Source: Candidatus Thorarchaeota archaeon (lineage in GTDB: Archaea > Asgardarchaeota > Thorarchaeia > Thorarchaeales > Thorarchaeaceae). Taken from it: DNA of 14,717 nt. This document shows positions 1-7,337 of the stretch, piece after piece. The position numbers and the translations under genes are program-made. Below the pieces are notes generated by a model. That model had not been told where the DNA came from. It did not search any database and saw only the letters and a program-made list of their open reading frames with translations. The stretch's first letter is position 1. Each line of letters begins with the position of its first letter. The stretch covers positions 1 through 14,717 of the forward strand of contig JBHLRZ010000055.1 in NCBI GenBank assembly GCA_048882045.1. The letters run 5' to 3'.

Positions 1-57
1 TATCAACCAAACACTTAAGTGAAACTTAACTATTGTAAAGTCAGGAGATGTTTTAGA

Positions 58-441
58 ATGAACATTCTGGGTACAAAAGCATGGATGTGGATCAATGGAT
101 TAAGTTTGATCATTGTGGGTGCACTTTCACTCATACCCGAAACCTGGGCGATAATAGCCTTTGATGGAGGAACTACTATCAGCATCGTCAAGATCATAGT
201 CGCCTTAATCACTCTCATCGTCGCCTTTAGAGAAACCGACATTGAGATGCTCAATGGTAAGCTGTGGCTCATCACCGTTGGTCTGATCTTACTGTTTATG
301 GGTATGCTTCCATTCTTCCCTGCAGCGATGACTGCTATGGGAGGCGGCGACCTTGGCAACTTTCTCAATACCCTGAAAGTCGTACTTGGTGGACTCACAT
401 TTTTGGTCATCATTATTGATTGGTCCAAGCTTGGAACATGA
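58..441 (+). CDS. Small 4-TM membrane protein made of two tandem helical-hairpin repeats, function unknown
   Basis: Four hydrophobic segments with clear internal duplication (LxxKxW...GL.L...G.L...P ... K.....T twice). ATG at 58 is preferred over GTG at 19 because AGGAG lies at 43-47 and the extra N-terminal residues are not membrane-protein-like. Confidence 0.8.
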   Translation: MNILGTKAWMWINGLSLIIVGALSLIPETWAIIAFDGGTTISIVKIIVALITLIVAFRETDIEMLNGKLWLITVGLILLFMGMLPFFPAAMTAMGGGDLGNFLNTLKVVLGGLTFLVIIIDWSKLGT

Positions 442-529
442 CTGACAGGTAATGGTCAATCCCTGAAATCACCATCACATCATCCTTGGAAACAAAGGAG
501 AATAAACTGCACGCTAGGTGAAAGCCGAT

Positions 530-1264
530 ATGACTGATACTGAACAAGAGAGTACAAGTCTGAATGTCAATCTCAAGAGTATCATAGAGAGGTATCGAGA
601 CCCGTCAGGAAATGTGAACTACTTCTCCCTGATGGCCGACCAAGCAATGGTCGATTATGCTGAATCTCTCGCTGATTTTGACATGAGTACACTGAAGACT
701 CGAAACCAGCGACTTGCCTTCTGGATAAACAGTTACAATGCATTGTCCATCTACGGAGTTGTCAAGAAGCTCAAAAAAGATCCAGACTTCGCATCAAAGG
801 GGAACAAGAGCTGGTTTGGGCGGGTCAGGTTCTTCGCAATCCAGAAGTTCAATGTAGGAGGGGAGATGTACTCGCTGAGAACCATTGAGGACAACATCCG
901 TAAAGACTTTGAAGACCCAAGGGTCCATTTTGCCTTAAACTGCTCATCCTTAGGATGCCCTCTCCTAAAGGATGGACTCTACAGTGCAGAGAACCTTGAT
1001 ACTGAAATTGATGCGGCCACCAGGCTGTATCTAAGCAGCAAGGAAGGGCTCATTTTGGATGAGGAGAAGGAGATTCTCTACATCAGTATGATCTTCAAAT
1101 GGTACAAAAAGGACTTCGAGGCTACTGGAAAGACAGTCATCGAGTACATTAGAAACTACGCCCCTGAACATATTCGCAAGTTTATCGATGAGAAGGGGGA
1201 CGAGGTGAAGCTCAAGAACATTGATTACGACTGGGCTCTCAACATTAGCTCGGAGGAAGATTGA
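530..1264 (+). CDS. DUF547 domain protein (no signal peptide visible)
   Basis: Family motifs LAFWINSYNAL, SLRTIED, DPRVHFALNCSSLGCPLL, SMIFKWYKKDF, YDWALN. ATG at 530 follows SD AGGTGA (516-521); the track start GTG 518 lies inside that SD. Confidence 0.92.
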   Translation: MTDTEQESTSLNVNLKSIIERYRDPSGNVNYFSLMADQAMVDYAESLADFDMSTLKTRNQRLAFWINSYNALSIYGVVKKLKKDPDFASKGNKSWFGRVRFFAIQKFNVGGEMYSLRTIEDNIRKDFEDPRVHFALNCSSLGCPLLKDGLYSAENLDTEIDAATRLYLSSKEGLILDEEKEILYISMIFKWYKKDFEATGKTVIEYIRNYAPEHIRKFIDEKGDEVKLKNIDYDWALNISSEED

Positions 1265-2280
1265 TGGAACGGTTCAGTGGAACCATCTTTGGACTCAAAC
1301 GGGTTGGGAAATATCTCACAGATGGAGACCTTAGAAAAGCCTATGCAGAGTACAAGGAGTCAGAGGAAACAGCCCTTAGACTGATTGTGAATACGATATT
1401 GGCTGAGGGCTGGATCATAACTCTATCAAATTCCAAAACCATCGATGAGATAGCGCGAGAACATGGTTATACTAACATGCGACTTCTTAGTGACATTCTA
1501 AATCTACTCATTGGAGAGAACATAGTAGGATTTGCTGATGGCAAGTATCAGATCCGTGAAGTGAAGACGACTGCTATCCGCCCAGAGGATGTAGGTTCAG
1601 CAATGACCAACTTCTACTATGACTGTTCGAAATATCTCCCTCAGGCACTCAAGGGAAGAAGAGTATCGTTAGAAGAAGTACCGAGAGTCGTACTTGAGAC
1701 CGTATTCAATAGCACTCTGACTGAGAAAGGGCGGGGAGTCTTATTGAGGTCATTTTCACCCAAGAATACGAAGGAGATCGGAGTGGCTGCATTTGCAGAT
1801 GTGGGACTTCCATTCGCCCTAAGACAGATAGATGAGATATTCAATCCAGAGAGAATACATATCTTCCTACACGACCTTCGATGGTTCACACCACTCAAAA
1901 CGATTCTTCAATTACTCTCCCTTGACGAAATCTTCTACAAACTTGTTCCAGACCTACTCGGTAGAAGAGTAATAACAAAAATGGACCTCTTCTATGGAGA
2001 GGAGATTTTCTCATTCTCACACGAAGAAGTTGATGAGAGAGTGAAGACAGTTTCAGACTACCTCAGCCCTGGTGGGCGATTAGTGACGAACGATCCAACG
2101 TTACCCCCTGGCAAGACTGTAAGTACTCCTGCATATGTCCTTATGCAGACGATTGAAGGATATCCACAACCACTTGACAGGGACATTATAAACAACACAT
2201 TCCAGAAGCACTCATTGACAGTACAGACAATCGGAGACAACTGGATCATCGCTGGAAAGGAGGGGACTCGCAGTGGCTAG
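1264..2280 (+). CDS. N-terminal winged-helix + degenerate class I SAM-methyltransferase-like fold protein
   Basis: wHTH-like segment KTIDEIAREHGY...LLSDILNLLIGENIV...DGKYQI. Late MTase elements MDLFYG...F and VSDYLSPGGRLVTND are present, but the motif I position reads EIGVAAFADVG with no DxGxGxG. Start is coupled to the DUF547 stop (TGATG, 1262-1266). Confidence 0.65.
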   Translation: MERFSGTIFGLKRVGKYLTDGDLRKAYAEYKESEETALRLIVNTILAEGWIITLSNSKTIDEIAREHGYTNMRLLSDILNLLIGENIVGFADGKYQIREVKTTAIRPEDVGSAMTNFYYDCSKYLPQALKGRRVSLEEVPRVVLETVFNSTLTEKGRGVLLRSFSPKNTKEIGVAAFADVGLPFALRQIDEIFNPERIHIFLHDLRWFTPLKTILQLLSLDEIFYKLVPDLLGRRVITKMDLFYGEEIFSFSHEEVDERVKTVSDYLSPGGRLVTNDPTLPPGKTVSTPAYVLMQTIEGYPQPLDRDIINNTFQKHSLTVQTIGDNWIIAGKEGTRSG

Positions 2281-2980
2281 GGAAGCAGTAAGAGAACTCT
2301 TTGTCATCCATAAGAGTGGGATTCCAGTCACTCATGTTGGAACAGGGCACCTCCAGATAGATGACGCGTTGTTCGGGGGGTTACTATCAGCAATTGAGAA
2401 TGTGGGAGTCAGTCTTGGTCTTGAGGGGGATGTTGCTCTGGACACCATCCGTTTCAGAGCATACGAACTGGTCTATTCCAGGACTGAGAATAGTCTGATA
2501 GTCTTGCTTACTGATGATGCTTCAGCGAGTTATCTTGGAAAGGCGAAACCCGAACTTGAGGAGATAGGTAGGGAGCTAGAAACTCTCGGCTTTATGCAGG
2601 ACTTTGAAACACGTACTGCAGAAAAGACATCTCAGATTGACGGATTGATCACTCGATTTGCCCGGACAATCTTTGCAGAGCAGGATGATGTGTTCTTCTG
2701 GGATGAGGACCATACGTTCCAGCTCATGCAGCATGAGAATCCGCGATGGAACGGAGCGAACCTGTTCAGCAACTACCTTCTACCGTCACCCCTGATGAAG
2801 ACATTCGACTTACAAATGGACGACATCAAAAGAATCTGTAGTCTGTTGTCGGAGAAGAGGCGTCCTTCAGAAATAATGCAAGATCCTCAATTATCAACAA
2901 AGGATGAGCGAATGATTGAGAACACACTTCGTCTGCTTCATATGTACGGACTTATTCAATGCTACAGGTCAGCAGTTTGA
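2273..2980 (+). CDS. Asgard-type longin/roadblock-like domain fused to a C-terminal winged-helix
   Basis: N-terminus ELFVIHKSGIPV...DDALFGGLLSAIENV...LDTIRFRAYELVY...LIVLLTD matches the longin/roadblock pattern typical of Asgard proteins. C-terminus ICSLLSEKRRPSEI...MIENTLRLLHMYGLIQ is wHTH-like. GTG start overlaps the upstream gene by 8 nt. Confidence 0.72.
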   Translation: MAREAVRELFVIHKSGIPVTHVGTGHLQIDDALFGGLLSAIENVGVSLGLEGDVALDTIRFRAYELVYSRTENSLIVLLTDDASASYLGKAKPELEEIGRELETLGFMQDFETRTAEKTSQIDGLITRFARTIFAEQDDVFFWDEDHTFQLMQHENPRWNGANLFSNYLLPSPLMKTFDLQMDDIKRICSLLSEKRRPSEIMQDPQLSTKDERMIENTLRLLHMYGLIQCYRSAV

Positions 2981-2992
2981 GGATAGAGAACA

Positions 2993-3664
2993 ATGAGTGG
3001 AGTGACAAGGGAAGAGATTCGCCACATCTATAGTTCATCTGCCTTGCACTATCAGATGCTTCTCAAGTTCTATCGTGGTCTTGGAGTCAACCTGGAAAAG
3101 TGGAGGAAGGATGCAATCCGCAGACTGCCTGACCTGAGGAAGCCGAGAATTCTCGATGTGAGTACAGGTACTGGAGCAAACCTACCACTGCTTGTAGAGA
3201 AGTATCCGGACTATAGAGAAATTGTCGGAATAGACTACACTCCAGCCATGCTACAGCAGGCAGAGAGGAGAGTCAGAGTTAATGATTGGAAGAACATTAG
3301 ACTCATCCTTGGTGATGCAAGGGAGATGTCCAAAGTTATAGATGGCAAGTTCGACCTGATCATGTCCACCTATTCTCTCTCCATCATTCCAGATTCACCC
3401 TGTGTTCTCGACGAGATACGTAAACTCGTCATTGACAATGGATACATCTTGCTCTTGGACTGTCAGAAATTCAAGGGAGTTCTCAGAATCTACAATCCTA
3501 TCGCGATTTTTCTCTCCACAAGGCTTGGTGGTAACTCTCAGACCTACTCAGTTCGAGTCAGTGACTTGGCATCGGGGATGTTCAATCTTGTATACCGTCG
3601 GTTGATGTACTCTGGAATGTTCTATGAGGACCTTTACAGACGCAAAAAAAACCTAGTTCTCTGA
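2993..3664 (+). CDS. Class I SAM-dependent methyltransferase (UbiE/PmtA-like)
   Basis: Motif I ILDVSTGTGANL, VGIDYTPAML, LILGDA, FDLIMSTYSLSIIPD. Starts 12 nt after the previous stop, with GAGG upstream. Confidence 0.9.
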   Translation: MSGVTREEIRHIYSSSALHYQMLLKFYRGLGVNLEKWRKDAIRRLPDLRKPRILDVSTGTGANLPLLVEKYPDYREIVGIDYTPAMLQQAERRVRVNDWKNIRLILGDAREMSKVIDGKFDLIMSTYSLSIIPDSPCVLDEIRKLVIDNGYILLLDCQKFKGVLRIYNPIAIFLSTRLGGNSQTYSVRVSDLASGMFNLVYRRLMYSGMFYEDLYRRKKNLVL

Positions 3665-4453
3665 CTCGAAGATGAACATCTCATATCCAATGTTTCCGGA
3701 GGAGATCTGTCCCTCAATCATCTTGATGATTCTAATCGCCTCAGTCATCAAGTTCATTGATTCTTCTGTCCCACCTACGTCTCTGAAGAATTGTGCACGG
3801 CCTCTTGCCTTCCTGGCCATTTCTTCCAGCAGAGCTGAGTGATTAGACGCTGCCAAGAGTCTGTAACCATTCTTTACGAACAGGTCAATGTAGTCATCTG
3901 ATGAGAGAGCATCTGCAATGCAAGCAACTCTGCCCAGAAGACTCCGGAGTTCTTCATCAAGCTCTTGATGATTCTGCACGGTCACATCATTCAGGCCAAA
4001 GATGCCTCCTGGTTTTAGAACTCGAGTTATCTCGGAGACAGCCTGTTCCTTGTCGACGAAGGTACACAGTGAACATTCACTCAGAGCATGGGTGAATGAA
4101 TCGTCTGGGTGAGGGATATTCCCTGCAAGAGCGACAGCAAAGTCAGTTTTATCCGCCACGCGAAGATCGGATGCTATCTCGTAGGCCGCATCTATCATCT
4201 GTTGGTTTGCATCGATTCCAGAAACCTTGCATCCCAGGGTTTTTGCTAGATAGGTGGTTGTCTTTCCATTACCGCATGCGATATCCAGAACTGTGGATTC
4301 AGCATTGACACCCATCTGGTCTGCCATGAGCTTGCTGAGAGCCAATCCTCCTGGATGGAAGATGCCGTCCAGTAGTTTTGAAACAATGGGATGGTTATAG
4401 AAGTCGCCACAGCAGGCCGCAACCTCATTTTCAGATGTTTCATCCAACTCCAT
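3653..4453 (-). CDS. Class I SAM-dependent methyltransferase with ArsM/DVU_1556-like cysteine pattern
   Basis: HPGGLALS, VLDIACGNG, GIDAN, RVLKPGG. Cysteines in ACCGDFY, SECSLC and RVACIADAL. SD AGGAGG lies in the end of the upstream gene. Confidence 0.88.
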   Translation of the reverse strand: MELDETSENEVAACCGDFYNHPIVSKLLDGIFHPGGLALSKLMADQMGVNAESTVLDIACGNGKTTTYLAKTLGCKVSGIDANQQMIDAAYEIASDLRVADKTDFAVALAGNIPHPDDSFTHALSECSLCTFVDKEQAVSEITRVLKPGGIFGLNDVTVQNHQELDEELRSLLGRVACIADALSSDDYIDLFVKNGYRLLAASNHSALLEEMARKARGRAQFFRDVGGTEESMNLMTEAIRIIKMIEGQISSGNIGYEMFIFESEN

Positions 4454-4456
4454 AGG

Positions 4457-5779
4457 TCATTTAGCCTCCTGTCTTCTGAACATGTTATAGTTGCAGAAGG
4501 GAATCATTTTGCCATCAGGTTGGATGACATGAATACAACACTTCTGTGCTCGCTCGAGCTGGTATGTCTGACGGCCCATAAATGAATGCACAGACACTAT
4601 CTTCACAGACTTGCCAAGTACCTCAGGAATGGTCATTCCACATGCTTCACAGAAAGCTTCGAGATTGCTCTCAGTTCCTGGGACAGCTCGTGTCGAGAAT
4701 AGACTCTTGAAGGCTTCATCCATCAGGACAGCCTCCTTGACAAGAGTGCGGTCTCGAGCATAGTCAATGTACTCATCAACGTTCACAATGTCAGTGAGTG
4801 GTGTCACCTCTTTGTCATCCACGAGGACATAGGATATTGATGTGCAGTGAGGATGGGGACAGGGGATTGGGCGAAAGTCACTCTTCTCAAGACTACCGTC
4901 AGTCTGTGTTTCAATCTCATCTAGAACTTTCGAAACGGATATGGTCGAGATGTCAGGAACACCAATCCTGCCTGTGAGAGCTACGGGCTGAAAGTTGATG
5001 CCAAAGACCTTCTTCTGAGAAAGAGCATAGTTGGTCAGAGCCCCGATCTCATGATCGTTGATTCCTGTGATCAGTGTGGGAACAAGGACTGCAGTCATTC
5101 CGAGCTCGTTACAGACCTCTACAGCTCGCTTCTTCTCCTCGACAAGGTCCCTTCCACGAATCTTCTTGGAAACCTCAGGATCAAACGTATCGAACTGGAG
5201 ATAGATGACTGGGTCAGTCTTTGCAAGTTCTTTTGCAAAGTCCTCTTCGAGTAGTCTCAGACCGTTTGTGGATACTGCCACATCTTGGATGCCTAGGTTC
5301 TTTGCATATCTCACTATCTCAAGAATGTCTGGGTGAAGTGTGGGTTCGCCACCACTCAGCTGGAGAAGCTCGGGCTCAGCTTCGTATGAAACATAGGCAT
5401 CTATCATGTTAGATATTCGGTCAAATGGAATGTGACTTCCAGAAGGGGCATCAGCAAAACAGATGTTGCAGTTCAGATTGCATTGGCCTGTTATCTCCAT
5501 TACTCCAACACAGGTGTGTTGTTTGTGTGCAGGACAGATGCCGCAGTCATCCGGACACCCTTTGTCTATCTGAGATGACCAGACCAAGGGAGTTGTTCCT
5601 GGTCTGTTGTATTTGAGAGCCTCCTTCCAGTATTCTGCATCTGATGAAGCAAGGGTTCGAGTAGGACCATGTTCAGGACAAGTCTTGTCAAGATAGACGT
5701 TCTCACCCTCCACTACTTCTGAATTGTCAATCAAACGGCCGCATACAGGGCATAGACTCTTCATTCTATGTTCTCTCAA
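4457..5779 (-). CDS. Radical SAM protein, Tes/GDGT-MAS (MJ0619)/TrsS-like family paralogue
   Basis: N-terminal SLCPVC...KTCPEHG, auxiliary GCPDDCGICPAHKQHTC, radical SAM CNLNCNICF, QLSGGEPTLHP, YLQFD, FQP, PCPHPHC, and C-terminal ERAQKCCIHV...DGKMIPFCNYN. Start is TTG 5779 or ATG 5764. Confidence 0.92.
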   Translation of the reverse strand: MREHRMKSLCPVCGRLIDNSEVVEGENVYLDKTCPEHGPTRTLASSDAEYWKEALKYNRPGTTPLVWSSQIDKGCPDDCGICPAHKQHTCVGVMEITGQCNLNCNICFADAPSGSHIPFDRISNMIDAYVSYEAEPELLQLSGGEPTLHPDILEIVRYAKNLGIQDVAVSTNGLRLLEEDFAKELAKTDPVIYLQFDTFDPEVSKKIRGRDLVEEKKRAVEVCNELGMTAVLVPTLITGINDHEIGALTNYALSQKKVFGINFQPVALTGRIGVPDISTISVSKVLDEIETQTDGSLEKSDFRPIPCPHPHCTSISYVLVDDKEVTPLTDIVNVDEYIDYARDRTLVKEAVLMDEAFKSLFSTRAVPGTESNLEAFCEACGMTIPEVLGKSVKIVSVHSFMGRQTYQLERAQKCCIHVIQPDGKMIPFCNYNMFRRQEAK

Positions 5780-5906
5780 CGATTTTGTGTCTAAAACATT
5801 CTGTTCATATCAGTATTCCTGAGAGCCTATTCTAACGGTGAATTCCGTTGTCCGCAAACATGTAGTGCTGCTAGGATAGAGTCACTGCCAAGAAAGGCAG
5901 GAATAT

Positions 5907-5919
5907 AGAGCTTAATAGC
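5907..5919 (+). promoter_or_regulatory. Putative BRE/TATA element for the GNAT gene
   Basis: Purine-rich AGAG followed by CTTAATAG, about 40 nt upstream of ATG 5952. Confidence 0.4.
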
Positions 5920-5951
5920 AGGAGAGTTTCTGTCTTCAGGTGGTTCTTCGG

Positions 5952-6860
5952 ATGACAGTCAAGATGAGAGACTATCACTGGGACGATGACTTTGACAATG
6001 TGAGAAAGTTTCTTGGAAACATGTTCTTCATACAGAGGTCATACACAAACTGGTTGCCAACCTCACTGGAAAATGTCAAATTCGGTCCTGGCGGAACTGA
6101 ATATCTGGAAGAAGAAGATGAGCACCTCAAGATATGGGAGTGTTATGGGTTGATTGTGGCATTGTCAGTCACGAAACCCGCTGGTGACTGTCACCTTTCA
6201 ATTCATCCTGATGTCGTGACATCCGCACGCAAAATTGTTCTTTGGATGCAGGAGCAAATCAGGAGTTTCAAGGAACACGAGAGTTTGAAGATGCGTCTTG
6301 TCGTGGATGATGCAGATGAGGAACTCAGGTCAATCCTAACTGATTTGGGATTCAAAGAAGACGAGATTGAGGGGGACAATCAGATATGGCAAGTGGGCTC
6401 ACCCATCCCAGACTATTCCTTACCTGATGGATACACAATACGGAACGCTGTCATAAAGGAAGACTACGAGAAATACCGGAGAGTCCAGAAGGCGGTCTTT
6501 CCGCATATCAAGAGCATGTCGAACAAACTTCTTGACACATACTCAGAAGCCTCATTTTACAAGGAGGAACTCGATATTGTAGCAGTGGCACCTGATGGAG
6601 AGTTCGCAGCATTCTGTACTGCAAGAATTGATCCGGTGAGCAGGATAACGGAACTCGAACCTGTGGGAACTCATCCAGATCACAGGAAGCTGGGACTAGG
6701 GAAGGCTGTCATCTTGGAGGCGTTCAAGAGGTTGCAGAAGTTCAGACCAACAGCGGTGGTGATTCTTGGTGCGGCCCCTACTGAGGGTGCAAGAGGACTC
6801 TACAGATCGGTTGGGTTTGAGAGAGAGAGCACAGCGCACTACTGGGCAAAGATGGTCTGA
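5952..6860 (+). CDS. GNAT family N-acetyltransferase (intact C-terminal GNAT, probable degenerate N-terminal GNAT domain)
   Basis: LEPVGTHPDHRKLGLGKA (motif A) and ARGLYRSVGF (motif B); the N-terminal half ends in LTDLGF. ATG 5952 follows SD AGGTGG; the track start is GTG 5940. Confidence 0.9.
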   Translation: MTVKMRDYHWDDDFDNVRKFLGNMFFIQRSYTNWLPTSLENVKFGPGGTEYLEEEDEHLKIWECYGLIVALSVTKPAGDCHLSIHPDVVTSARKIVLWMQEQIRSFKEHESLKMRLVVDDADEELRSILTDLGFKEDEIEGDNQIWQVGSPIPDYSLPDGYTIRNAVIKEDYEKYRRVQKAVFPHIKSMSNKLLDTYSEASFYKEELDIVAVAPDGEFAAFCTARIDPVSRITELEPVGTHPDHRKLGLGKAVILEAFKRLQKFRPTAVVILGAAPTEGARGLYRSVGFERESTAHYWAKMV

Positions 6861-6864
6861 GTCT

Positions 6865-7284
6865 TCATTCTCCGATAATCTTGATGAGAACACGCTTGTT
6901 CCGGCGTCCATCAAACTCTCCGTAGAAGATAGCTTCCCATGGTCCGAGGTCGAGTCGACCTTTAGTGATAGCTACCACGACCTCACGACCCATGATCTGT
7001 CGCTTGTGGTGGGCATCTCCGTTGTCCTCGCCGGTGCGGTTGTGCAAGTATAGACTGATCGGCTCGTGGGGAGCTAGCTCCTCGAGCCAGCGTTTGTAGT
7101 CAGCATGGAGACCACTCTCGTTGTCGTTTATGAAAACGCTCGCAGTGATGTGCATTGCGTTGACAAGACACAGCCCCTCCTGAACACCACTCTCCTTTAC
7201 TGCATCTTGTACATCGTGTGTGATATGAACAAAGTCCATTCTAGTAGGGACGTTGAAGGTCAGGTATTTTGTGTGACTTTTCAT
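6865..7284 (-). CDS. yjbQ: YjbQ/UPF0047 family protein (secondary thiamine-phosphate synthase)
   Basis: [45 protein letters not shown] 7284 gives the typical ~139 aa length. Confidence 0.95.
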   Translation of the reverse strand: MKSHTKYLTFNVPTRMDFVHITHDVQDAVKESGVQEGLCLVNAMHITASVFINDNESGLHADYKRWLEELAPHEPISLYLHNRTGEDNGDAHHKRQIMGREVVVAITKGRLDLGPWEAIFYGEFDGRRNKRVLIKIIGE

Positions 7285-7337
7285 AGTGAACTCATCTGAA
7301 GAATCTGGTAAAAAAGTTGTCAACACTCAGATCTGTA

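Noticed and set aside
30-428. 132-aa antisense ORF over the 4-TM gene
   Set aside because: Mirror of a hydrophobic coding frame with no motifs; the + strand protein has a convincing internal repeat.
439-537. Selenocysteine readthrough of the 4-TM gene UGA
   Set aside because: The extension is short, in a different frame from DUF547 and motif-free; the UGA falls at a natural protein end.
3653-4453. Assigning the symbol arsM
   Set aside because: It lacks the GCGNP motif of canonical ArsM and has HPGG instead; only the cysteine pattern is ArsM-like.
4457-5779. Assigning the symbol tes or a pterin dimethyltransferase function
   Set aside because: Same family, but shorter and with substituted C-terminal signature residues; orthology is unsupported.
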